DNA of 64,000 nucleotides from Rhodosorus marinus CCMP1338 (lineage: Eukaryota; Plantae; Rhodophyta), in contig JAMWBK010000001.1 in the NCBI GenBank assembly GCA_029953675.1, forward strand, positions 1,116,001-1,180,000, written 5' to 3'. The notes under the pieces were generated by a model. That model made no database searches. It was given only the letters and a program-made list of their open reading frames with translations, and was not told the DNA's origin. A program made the translations under genes and the position numbers. Every line of letters begins with the position of its first letter. Within the stretch, counting starts at the first letter, position 1. Below, one piece after another: positions 36,466 through 48,134 of the stretch.

Positions 36466-39125
36466 TAGTCCACGTCGGACGACGGGAACAAAGCCGACAC
36501 AGTTTTGGTCCAGACTCTCATCGTACGGGGGAACAGGCGTTTACTCCAAGACCCTTGCCGCTCGACTCAGGTCGCCAACCACCGCCAATTTCGGCACTCG
36601 AGTCGTCACGGGCGAGACTGGTCCAGTCCGAGCCCGACGCACAGAGTGCTCCCTCCGATGACGCCAAGTAGCTTTGCTGTAGTACCTGACCCTCTGGGCT
36701 ACGAACGGAATTACTGAAGGCCTTGAGCAAGCCTGGCCAGAGCGCCATGGTGAAGATCCTGAATACGCTGTTCCAGGGTGCAGGGAGTGCGCCTGCCCCT
36801 TGGGACCATCTGCGACGGGCACAGCTTTGCTTGTTAACGAAACCCGACCACGAGCCGGCACACCCGCATCTCCGGCCGATCGGCATGGTTGAGAGTCTAC
36901 GGAAACTCGCCGGGAGGTGGCTATGCCAGCGCCTGCGCCAGCGAGTCACCGCCTTTATGGCGCCTTGGCAGGTAGGGGTGGGAATTTCCGGGGGTTGCGA
37001 ACTAGTCACCCATACGATCGAGCACGAGCTAGCGAGTAGGCGTGATTGGGGAGTTTTGGTAGTTGACTTTCGTAACGCATTCAACAGCGTCTCGCGGACG
37101 CATGCTTTGGAGGTGATTCGCAAGGTATTCCCTGAGGCGTGGCCGTTCCTATCCGGTATTTACGCAGGGGGGAGCCTCCCTTACTTGACAACGCAGGGCT
37201 CTGTTTTTGCAGTACGTACTGGCGTTCAACAGGGTGATCCTTGTGGGTCGGTACTCCACGCATGTGCCTTGCAGCTCGTGCTCCAGCGACTGGCGGCTGA
37301 GGTGCCGGAGCTTCGCATCTGTGCCTACCATGACGACGTGAGGTTGCTGGGCACTCCTGAGCACTTGGCTCGGGGACTGACCCAGATCGAAGCAATCGCA
37401 CGTGGAGTAGGTCTAACCTTGGAACCCGAAAAATGCTGCTTTCTCGGCCCGCGTGAAGTTTCGAGGGGCTCCCTGCCACCTAGTCTCCGGGCCGTTGGTG
37501 AACATGCGGGGCTCGAGCACTATGGCGTCGGTTTGGGGAGTGACAACTTTGTCCAAGACTCTTGCGAACGAGTTTTAGCGCGCCATAAGCAGCTAACCGA
37601 CGCCATTGAGCGCATACCATGCTCCAATCGGCTTGCCTGCTCTCCCGCTTTTGTGCGGCCCCGAACTGAATTACTGGCTGCGAAGCCTTCCACCGCACTG
37701 GGGCTCGTGGATGGCAGCCAAGGCGGGCGAGGCGACGCTGAAGCACTGGGGAACGCTCTTGGATGAATCCCTGGATGTGGAAGCGGCTCCTGACAGGGAC
37801 CTAATTCGTGGCCAGATTGCCCTACCTTTACGATAAGGCGGATTTGGTGTGGCCGACCGTGGACTCGAAGGCTCGGCAGCGGCGGTCGCCTCATGGGCTA
37901 CCGCGCTTCGCACCTTGGTGAGTTTTTGGATGCGAAGTGCTTGCCTTTTGTCTAGAGCACTGACTATTGAAGACCACGTGACCCTTCCGCCGCCGCTTTT
38001 GAGTATCGATGATGCTCTAGATCAGGCGTTCAGTAAGTGCAACGCCGTGCCGGACGAGAGCCGACCCAGATTTCGCTCCTGGAAGGAGCTGTTATGGAGA
38101 CGAACTGAGGCGCTCGAGGACTCTCCCATCGACAGAGTACTCGCCGACGAGGAGGAAGCTAGACCCGGGTCGCCGGTTGCCGATTACCCGGGTCTGAGCC
38201 GATTCTGGAGCTCGCGCACTGATGTGATACAACATAGCCTCACCTGGGGCCAACACAGTGCCGCTCACGCAATCTTGCTCAGCTCTCCACTCACACCGCC
38301 TACCACCGCCGCTCGCCTCCGCGGCATGGGAGGCCATCTTTCACATTTGTGGTTAACGACCCTGCCGTCATCACTGGGTCACCGTCTCGATGCCTTCCAG
38401 ATTCGCTCTGCCGCACGGATTTACCTGGGTTTGCCACAAGCTCCGTGGCACTCTAATCGGCCGTCTTTCTGTCAGGGATGTGAGAGTCGAATCGATGCTT
38501 GTGGTTAACATTTCTTAGGTTCATGCGGACTGTTGAGAGGTCTTCGTACGAATCGTCACACTCGCTTCAAGTACATTCTCAGCGAATACCTGACTCGGGT
38601 AGGGCATACGGTTGAGGTGGAATCGGAACTACTCAGATCGGTCTCTCGGATAGGGCACCGCCCCGCTGTATCGCAGATCTTCTCGTCTCCGATGCTGCCC
38701 CCAGACGCTCAGAATATGTTGACCTCGCGATTACATGCCCTGTGGCAAGCGCCCATCTGACGGCTTCGGCCCTTCGCCGCGTGAAGGAACGACGGTATGC
38801 TGAGAGTATGGCCGGCCTGCCTCGCGCTCAGGGTCGCTCCCACCGGTTCCAGCCTTTCATTGCGGAAAGCTTTGGTCACATGGAGAAGTCGGGTTTGGAG
38901 TGGTTGCGGAAATGTTTCACTGAGCATCCTGTTGAATACTTGGAACTTTTGCGGCGTTTAAGTATCTCTCTGCGGCGATATTCGAGCAGCATGCTTGCCG
39001 AGGCGCGCCATCGGCGTCTGCGTTTGCACGCTTCCCTATCTAGTTCTTAGTTTCTTTTAACGGTTTGCGTAGCGCTGTAGGCTATGCTAATAAAGCCAAT
39101 AAAGCCATCCAATAAAGCCAGCCAA
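36466..39125 (+). mobile_element. CRE-A2 copy with an inverted 5' segment (36466-~36690)
   Basis: Minus-strand VLQQSYLAS..FPSSDVD joined to plus-strand PSGLRTELL..end; AATAAAGCC tail. Confidence 0.88.
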
Positions 39126-39169
39126 ACCCAGGAGGAATGTAAAATGTACTCCATGTCTACCGCGTAGGC

Positions 39170-39345
39170 AGAAACGTGTGAAATGAATGAATTTGTTTAA
39201 AGAAAAACAATCGCAGGGAAAAAAAACCTACGCGTGGCTAATATCGCGCACCTCCAAGATCAAAAAGCACTCATACGCCACAGCAAGAAACTTAAACGGG
39301 TAAACGAGCAGAGCTGGTCAGGGCGGTTGCGGAACAACGCCCTAG
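39170..39345 (-). mobile_element. Old B 3' stub
   Basis: gcacctccaagatcaaa..cgccacagcaagaaacttaaacgggtaaac..cagggcg. Confidence 0.65.
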
Positions 39346-40063
39346 TTCTGCTTTGAGAGGAATTGACTTTGCAACGTGATATGCGAATACATTCGGGTTC
39401 GCCTCACGTCCAGTAGCTGTGCTGGGGCAGTTCCGGATTTCTGGAATCGAGACTTTCCGATAAAGAGTCCTTCATGCTCTTACACACCTCCAGGGCTTCA
39501 GAGCAGTTTTCGCTTACTATTCGGGCTGGTTCTGCCCGGCTTTGCTCGCAACTCCGGAATGGAGGGATGCAGTAGCCGCGCACCTTCCCTGTTTGGTGTC
39601 AACAGGATGTTCGATTGGGAGCTGACAAGGTTCTTACCAGAAGTCACCCCCCCCCCCCGTGGTACTGTGCCACCAAAAGGGAATAATTCACTGCTAGTCC
39701 AGTCCTATCCATCTCCACTGACCCGAACGGACCTGTCACACGATGCTGCGCCAGCTGGCTAAGCGAACTCAACAGCGGAAGATTGGATGCCAGTCCATAT
39801 CCTTGGGCGATCACAATAACTCGATTTCTTGTCTCCTTTTATATTGTTCCCGATCATACGTACATACCCTCCTATGTGTGTAGATGTATTAAGTCCCTCC
39901 CCGTATCCGCCGCCCCATGTCCACCGCTACTACAAGTCGCGTGGGAACTGCCCAAATCAACCAAATTTCGCAGTTGAGCCGCAAGCGGGATTGATACTAT
40001 TACGTGTTTCTTCTTGTGTTCATAGCATCGATATATGCAAACGTGCTCCCGGTTGTCCCAAGT

Positions 40064-41538
40064 TTAGTCTCCTTTCAGTTTCCTCTTCATTCCAGGCATC
40101 CATCCGAAGAACTTATCCACAACCTCGCCGGCCCTGGTGCTAAGTTCTGTAGACAAGCTGCTGCTCAGACAGGCCGTGAAGATGAGGAACCCTCCAAGTA
40201 CTCCTTGAGAAGTCAGCGTCTCGTCCAGGAAGAAGGCTGAGAAGGCCGCTGCGAAAAAAGGTTCGCTACTAACGAGCAATGAGAGCTCAGCCGCAGACAA
40301 CCTCTTGAGGCTCAAGTTCTCCAAAACCAGAGTGAGTCCGGTTGTTATCAGACCAGTGTACAGCAGCGATCCGAAGACCAGACTATCCGAGACGGCAACC
40401 TGAATGCCGGAAAAATCCAGAGTTCCATATAGCATCAGAGAATCTATAGCGTACCAGACTGCAGAGAGGCCTCCAACAGTAGCCAACTGAGCAGCACTCA
40501 ACGCCATTGCCGAATCCGGATACCTAAGAGTTGGTTTCGGTAAAAACAGCCTGTTAGAAGGAAAGATGAGGTGTAATTCGATGCTTTGCAAGCTTTCCAA
40601 AATTTCCTGTTCTTACTTCGATAAAGCCCGCTCGTTGCAGATAAACTTGTATGCAAAGGCAATTGTTGATAGAAAGCCCAGAATGTCGCCTACGGAAGGA
40701 GTAGCAGCCGAGCTCAACTCAAGCAGCGCGACTCCAGAGATGGCTAACAGTATCGATATCATCGGTACCGGATTCTTCTCAACACCATGTTCTCTAATAT
40801 AGTTCGAACAACAGGAAGGGTGCAGGTGAGTCACTACCAATGACACCTCCTGCGAGAGTGTCTGATCGGGAGGGGGCAGTTGGAGCTAGGAGATAGGGCT
40901 CTATTTTTCGAAACTTACTTCGATGGAAACATGGTACCCAACAGGGGTACAAAAACCACAGTGAGGGAACAGAGGAAGGCGATTTTGTTCGCGGTAGAAT
41001 ACTTGAGTGCCATTGTCTGAAGATAGTAGCCCATAAATACGTATTTTCCGATATCGAAGCCGCGGAATAAGACTTCCCTCGATGCGCCGATCATCCATGG
41101 GCTCAGCGCTAACGCGGCGAGCCCGAATCTTGCGAATGCCGATGCCGCTACCCGCACTGACTCATCGAGCATCTTTACAACAGCAAAGTTGGTTCCCCAT
41201 AGTGCAGCTACGAGGATCATAGTAGCACGAGGCCACATATAATTGAAAACGGCCTCTGCATCCAGTTTTTCATCTTCAACAGCCTGCTCGGACGCAAGAA
41301 CAACCTCACCCTCCGGTCCAGCATCGGCCTCCCCAACCACCTTACGTTTCCCACTACCACTCCTAACATCCTCCAATTCGAAATCTCGAGTAGATACAGC
41401 CAACCGAACCTTCAAACCCCTAGAAGACAAACCTACAAGCCCCCTGGCCCGCAAAACAGGCCCACCGGACGCAAATCCAGCCGACAAAAACCCCACACCA
41501 TCCATAACACCCCCATACTCTCCAACAAACAAACTCAT
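40064..41538 (-). CDS. EamA/DMT family transporter with a probable plastid transit peptide; exons 41538-40919, 40793-40617, 40523-40064 (418 aa)
   Basis: LVAALWGTNF, AFARFGLA, LQTMALKYSTANKIAFL, VGDILG, LLVSSEPFFAA..LDE..GGFLI; GTAAG donors, phase-2 introns, CTAAC branch site. Confidence 0.9.
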
Positions 41539-41699
41539 CCTATCTCAACCTCCCAGTCTCCAGGAAGACCCTCTACCTTACCCCTTCTCCTCCACTAAAT
41601 TTCGCAATATCTCCTCAGCCTAGACTGCTCTGCCCGTACCCCTACACTCCGACATCTTCGTCCGACAAATACCGAACATCTCCCACGCAACCTACCTCC

Positions 41700-42160
41700 T
41701 TCCCCCTCCCCCTCCAACCCCACCACCACACCCTCCAGCCTTCCTCTATAGACCCTCAAACAAGCAAACTTCTCATAGAACCCTTCCGCCTAACCCTCAT
41801 TCCCCTCCCACCCCACCACCACACCCTCCAACCTTCCTCTATAAACACTCCAAGAATGCGAACTTCTCAGCAACCTCTTCCACCTAAAACCTCATTAAGA
41901 ACTGACAGCCAGCAGCTACCACATGCGCACCATTGATTCTCATACCTTAAACCTCATTGAGAGCTGGCAGCCAGCAGCCTCCCCATGCCCCACCATTGAT
42001 TCTCATCGCGTTGACGAAGATAAAGTGTGGCAATATCGCCTGCCAATGATTTTTGGACAGGTTTTTTGGACAGTCTATATTGGTGTGATCATTTCAAGCG
42101 GGTATCCAGCAGCAAACCCATGCCCTCCGCCATTGATTCTCATCGCATTGATGATGAAGT
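41700..42160 (+). repeat. Degenerate direct repeats upstream of the EamA gene (~92-bp C-rich unit x2; cagcagc..catg..ccattgattctcat x3)
   Basis: Visible repeated units. Confidence 0.6.
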
Positions 42161-43149
42161 GTGATGTTGACACCTCCCAATGATGGCAATATTCCATTCA
42201 TTCATCATGAGATTGCAGCAGACCAAACAAAGAAAAAGTCCGTTGACTTAACGGAAAACAGACGTTTTTGAGGTTTCTTGGATTTGTATTGGTAGATGAT
42301 ACTTAATGTTCAATCTATGTTAATGCGTACTGATCGTTGATTTGATCTGTATCGATTGATAATAGTTTCTAAATGTTTTATTGGATCTTGCGATTTTTTG
42401 AGGTTTTAGCGCTAATTTTAGGGAAGACTGGAATGGGACTTTCTGAGCTCTGATTTTGATGCGGTCTTATTTTGGAAAGAATGATTTTGTAATGGTGTAC
42501 AAAATATGAGGATTTGCGGAGGAACGTCTGTACTTGGTTGGACGATTGATAAAAGCTTTTCAGAAATATGAAAATAATTTGGTTATCGCGTTGCGCAGAT
42601 TTAGAGTTTGTTACGTACTTGTGGATTGACATAGAACATATTCTGGCTATATTACAGGCTAAAAATTGTAAGTTTTCGACTTGTACTTAAGAAAAAGATT
42701 CGCAACTTCTTCGGGCGGGAAAGTGCGGAAATTGGAAAATAGAAATTCGGTTTTAGAGATCAGCCAAACAGAAGCCTTTTTTTTTGTCGTGAGATCTTCT
42801 CCAAGATTCACATGCGCCTCAGGTTTCGGTATATTCTTTTTTGAATAAATCTGTGGATTTATCCAAACGGGCCAAAGACGGTATTTTAAGTAAAAAATGA
42901 AGAAAACAGTGGATCCTTGACGAATATGTCAATTTCAAAGGGTTAATGGTTTTCTCCTTTGTGCTAAATTTTTGTTACACCAATACGCGTCAAACGCGTC
43001 TAGAGCGAAATGGGGAGGAGGGCGGGTCCCTCAATCTGGACTCGGAACCCGTAGCATATGAGCTCGTCCTGGAGGGCTTAACGAAGTCAGAGCTGTGGGA
43101 GGTGTTTTCCTATATCAAAGTGACATCAAGATCCAGAGCACGTCTACCG

Positions 43150-44220
43150 TAAAATAGGTATTTGAGGCTAAGACGAAGAACAGGTAGGTGAAGTGAAGTA
43201 ATCAAGCCGTAAGAAAACTTCCTCCAGCAGGACTTCGAATCGCTCCTGATCTCGTCTTCTATACTGTCTATACGCTGAATGGACTATCCCAGCTACGTTA
43301 TTTGATCTGAACCTTACAACTATCGCTAAGGGCGCAAAGTCCATACCAGCCAACACTCTCCTTCGCCTTTATGCCCTCTGGGAAGGTCGCTCTGCGCTAC
43401 CGAAAACGCACATCAATTTCTCTGTACGCTCCTTGGTGAGTGCCTTTGTGAGATTATCAGCGATCATCTCATCCGTACCAAGATATCTAAGTTGCACCTC
43501 ACCCGAAATGGATCTCTAGCGTGCGTACTGTAACTTCACAGATACGTACGTGACGTACAACTGTCTCCAGTAGGCGCCCAATGCGGACATGAATTGTTGT
43601 TAGTGAACGCGACCGTCAGGCACGTCGATTGCGCTGCCAATTGCTTTAAGGAACTCTTGAACCTATCGTTGGGTTGTCAACATATCCCCGAGCGCTTGAC
43701 ACTTGGCCTCCGCGGTTGACCCCGCAACCGATCTTTGCTGCCTCTATCATCGACAGGTTGCTGGTGATCTACCGTTCATCACCAAAAAGCGATCCTGAGC
43801 TACTTTACCTCAGCACTCGCCAACTTGCATCCGATAATCCAGTCATTTGATAACTGATTTTCCCGAGTAGAGGAGAGAACCAGTTAGCTCCTGAATTGGT
43901 GAACAAGTTACTTCCATTGATTTTGACAACGTTGTGTTTGATTCTATGGCGATGGGTGTGGAACGGGGACGGTATCCCCTCGATCCGTAGGTTGCGATCA
44001 ACTTCTCGATGTAGTCTTCCTGTGTCAGGTGTATCTCACGCGTTGTTTTTTTTGGCTGTTTTTCTAGATCTTGACCCCGAGCAAGTCCCTTGCTTGTTGT
44101 TTGATCTCGTAGAGTCTGGACAATGTGATTCGTATTTTTCTAAGAACAGCATAATTCTTGGGGCTCATGTCAATGGCTGGTCCTAGGGAGGGAGTAGTGA
44201 GGACAAGGGCAGAAATCAAG
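43150..44220 (-). mobile_element. Second copia remnant: RT end, RNase H, PPT and start of the 3' LTR
   Basis: LSRLYEIK..LLGVKI..HLTQEDYIEKL; GLSDASW; VAGSTAEA; MIADNLTKAL; PPT GGCGAAGGAGAG followed by TGTTG at 43355. Confidence 0.8.
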
Positions 44221-44246
44221 GAGAAATATGAGGTTTCCAGGCTGCT

Positions 44247-44953
44247 TCGTGCGTTGTTCAGAAGAGCCCCTGCGCAGGACCTGTGAATAGGTCGCACGTG
44301 GGGCACTGGAGGGAGCAGGATTCGGCCCCGACGCGGGCCCAGGAGGCGTCTGTCCTTCAATAGGGGTAGGCCAGTCGGAATCAGGAATGACCGGAGCGGA
44401 GCGCTCGGGTCGGGTGGAGGCAGGCCCCGCTGTACCGTGTGGATCCGCGGGGACGGGCACCGGGGGGGGGTATGGGGCAGGCGCGGAGGCGGAGAAGCGC
44501 TCCAAATAGGCGATCAACAGGGGCAGGCGGTGTTCCTGGGAAGCAGTCACAAGAAGACTCGTCAGTTTCGAGCAGATCACATGGGCCAACTCGTCAGCGC
44601 AGTCCGTGAGGGTGGCCGCGGTACTAAACCCGCCCACGCTGAGCTCCACGCGCGCTGAGAGAACGGCTCCGTCCGCCGGAATGGGTGGGGAAACCCCAAC
44701 CATAACGATTGGAAGGTGTGAAAAACCGATTCCCTCACGAAACCCCCAAAAAGAGAACTTGTTCCCAACGTTTGCAACCAAAGAAAAACCACCACGACCT
44801 CCAAGGGGCGCTAGCAACCCCCAGCACGCACCACACCACTAGAAGATGCGGGGGAAAGGCTGCAGAAAGAAGCGCCTCCCACCGAAGAACACAATTGCGA
44901 CTCAAAACCACCAAAAGCCAGCACCATACACCCTCACGAAACCAAAAACAAAG
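44247..44953 (-). repeat. Inverted copy of the first ~700 bp of CRE-B (left arm of a palindrome)
   Basis: Reverse complement of 45028-45725 with a few indels and substitutions. Confidence 0.92.
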
Positions 44954-47517
44954 TTGGTACGATGCCTTTCCCGGCTTTGCGCTTCAGTTGGTACGATGCC
45001 TTTCCCGGCTTTGCGCTTCATTAAAATCTTTGTTTTTGGTTTCGTGAGGGTGTATGGTGCTGGCTTTTGGTGGTTTTGAGTCGCAATTGTGTTCTTCGGT
45101 AGGAGGCGCTTCTTTCTGCAGCCTTTCCCCCGCATCTTCTAGTGGTGTGGTGCGTGCTGGGGGTTGCTAGCGCCCCTTGGAGGTCGTGGTGGTTTTTCTT
45201 TGGTTGCAAACGTTGGGAACAAGTTCTCTTTTTGGGGGTTTCGTGAGGGAATCGGTTTTTCACACCTTCCAATCGTTATGGTTGGGGTTTCCCCACCCAT
45301 TCCGGCGGACGGAGCCGTTCTCTCAGCGCGCGTGGAGCTCAGCGTGGGCGAGTTAGTACCGCGGCCACCCTCACGGACTGCGCTGACGAGTTGGCCCGTG
45401 TGATCTGCTCGAAACTAACGAGTCTTCTTGTGACTGCTTCCCAGGAACACCGCCTGCCCCTGCTGATCGCCTATTTGGAGCGCTTCTCCGCCTCCGCGCC
45501 TGCCCCATACCCCCGGTGCCCGTCCCCGCGGATCCACACGGTACAGCGGGGCCTGCCTCCACCCGACCCGAGCGCTCCGCTCCGGTCATGATTCAGACTG
45601 GCCTACCCCTATTGAAGGACAGACGCCTCCTGGGCCCGCGTCGGGCCTGAATCCTGCTCCCTCCAGTGCCCCACGTGCGACCAATTCGCAGGTCCTGCGC
45701 AGGGGCTCTTCTGAACAACGCACGACGGCAATGGTGCGTATGATGCCACAACACATCCCTATTGACTCTTCTCGCCAACTATCTCCGTTCCACTTTGTTT
45801 GGATGACGAACGTGCGTCCCCAGACCCCCTCTCGTGGTCGGGGCCGCGCGCCCGTCCACTACCGCGATTTTCGCGACACCATGGCTTCCTCCCTTGGGGT
45901 CGCCCCGTCTGAATTCCTATATGTGGACTTCACGGGCCCTCATGCCTGTTTTCTTGTTACTGACTCGGCTTACCAGTTCCTTCAATCGCTTGTAACAACC
46001 CCCGCGCCCCAGCGCTCTGCTCTGGCCAACATGATACTGACTCGTCCTCATGTCTCTTTGTTTGTCGAGTTCGATCGTTTTGACGCCGGCTGGGTTCCTC
46101 CGTCGGCCTTGCAAAACCTGGATGCCTCGCAGGCTTCGGTTGTCGCGCTACACACTCATGCGGCGCGGCTTCGCGCATACAGGCGAGCCTCTTCGCGCGT
46201 TCTCCTCCTCGCGGGGTCCTCCGCACCGCGCTAGAGGCCTTCCTCTCCACTGAGGCCACCCTGCTGGAAGCCCACCCTGCGTATGACCTTCTGCCACCGA
46301 CTCTTGAGCACCCTTTCTCCCCTCGCCCTGTCTCCGAGGCTCGTGACACCGACATGGCAGAAGCACCATCGGCCTCTCCCAATCCGCTGGCTCTGGACAC
46401 CCTCAGTCAAGACTCCGCTGCTGAAAACCCTGTGTCTACTTTCTTAGGTCTTTTAGTTCCTTCGTGCGCCCCCCCACGTAAGCGTCGTGCGGCTCCTGAG
46501 CCTCCCTCCGAGGCACCTCCTCCGGATATTCGATCTGCCTTCCCGACTGAGGGGAGGCCCGATGTCTGAGTCTTCCTCCTCCGCGTGCGTGTCGCCCCGG
46601 TTACCCCTGTTTACCAGTGACCGCTCAGCCTGGCATGAGCGTGTTCTCTCGTGGTTTTCGCACCTTGTCGCCTCCTACCCGGACGGTTCCCTTCCCCTTT
46701 GTCGTCAGAGCACGGCCGTGCGGCTCCCTCGTCGACTTCATAAGCCCCTAGGATTGGTGTTGGATTTTCTCTGGCAGCAGGTCGCCGCGAACCCTCACTG
46801 CTCTCTTCGCTGGGAACTCTTGTTCTTTTTTCCCCGCCTCGTGCTCACCTCCTCTACCGTCCCCCTCAACCCACATCCTCGCCGGGTCCACCCTCGCCGA
46901 AAACTGCAAATGTTCCTTTCCGGCGACTTTGAGGACCTCGAGCGTCTTTATTTCGCTTCTCTCTCTTCCTTTTCTCCTAGTGCTCCCTCAGCTTTTAGGT
47001 CTTCTCGACAGAATCGGGCGCGTCACGCGGTGGCAGGCGGTGATCTGCGGCGGGCAGCCGGGATCCTCCAGCAGCGGCAACCTGTGGTTCCATACTCCGA
47101 TGATCTTTCTTCACCGCTCCGTTTGCTCTTTCCCTCGGAAGGCTCCCCTTGGGACTCCTCGTTTGAATCAGTGTTGGAAGAGTACCGCGCCGCGCCACAT
47201 CCCAGTGCGCGGTTAGTGGTCAATCTGGAGGCGGTGCGTGAGTTGGTTCATGATGCTCCGAAGGGCCGTTCCCCAGGGCCCTCGGGGCTGCGGGTGGAAT
47301 ATCTCCGTTTCTTAAGTGATGAAGGTTTGAAGGCGTTGGCGTGGGTGGTCGAAGGGCTTGTGAATGGTGATCCCCTGTGTGAGTGTGCGTGGTTCTTGGT
47401 CGGGCGTTCGCAGTTGTGTCTGCTTTCGAAGCCCGGTCACACGGCCTCGAGCCCTGCTATTCGCCCTATTGGCCTGGTTGAGGTGGTCCGCAAATTCGCG
47501 GCGCGATGGTTAGTGAA

Positions 47518-47763
47518 AATCCTGGTTCCCGAATCCCGCCGTTTCTTTGGGCACGTGCAGTTGGGCGTGGGCTATCGTGGTGGCTGTGAGTTGTTGTCTG
47601 TTTTACTCCGTTCGGAAATGGCGTACTCCCCAGATTCTGGAATCCTGGTTCCCGAATCCCGCCGTTTCTTTGGGCACGTGCAGTTGGGCGTGGGCTATCG
47701 TGGTGGCTGTGAGTTGTTGTCTGTTTTACTCCGTTCGGAAATGGCGTACTCCCCAGATTCTGG
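47518..47763 (+). repeat. Exact in-frame 123-bp tandem duplication in the B RT domain
   Basis: ILVPESRRFFGHVQLGVGYRGGCELLSVLLRSEMAYSPDSG x2. Confidence 0.9.
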
Positions 47764-48134
47764 GCTCCTCTCTGTAGATTTTACCAATGCGTTCAACCGC
47801 GTCTCTCGTCCGGCTCTCATGCACGTGGTGCGCGAAGTCTTCCCTGTAGGCTTTCCCTTTGTTAGTAGACTTTATTCTCCCCGTCGTGGGGCTACCTATG
47901 ACACCCTTGGCGCTTCCTCACACACGTTTGCGGCGCGCACAGGGGTACAACAGGGTGATCCCTTGTCCCCTTTCCTGCATGCCTGTGGACTACAACTCGT
48001 CTTGCTTTGTCTTCGCTCCGAATTCCCGCAGGTTCGTACGGTTGCATACCACGACGACGTGTGCCTCCTGGGGCCCCCCGATACTCTAGCGCTCGCTTAT
48101 GATCGTCTCCCCTCCTTGGCTTCGCGGGTTGACT

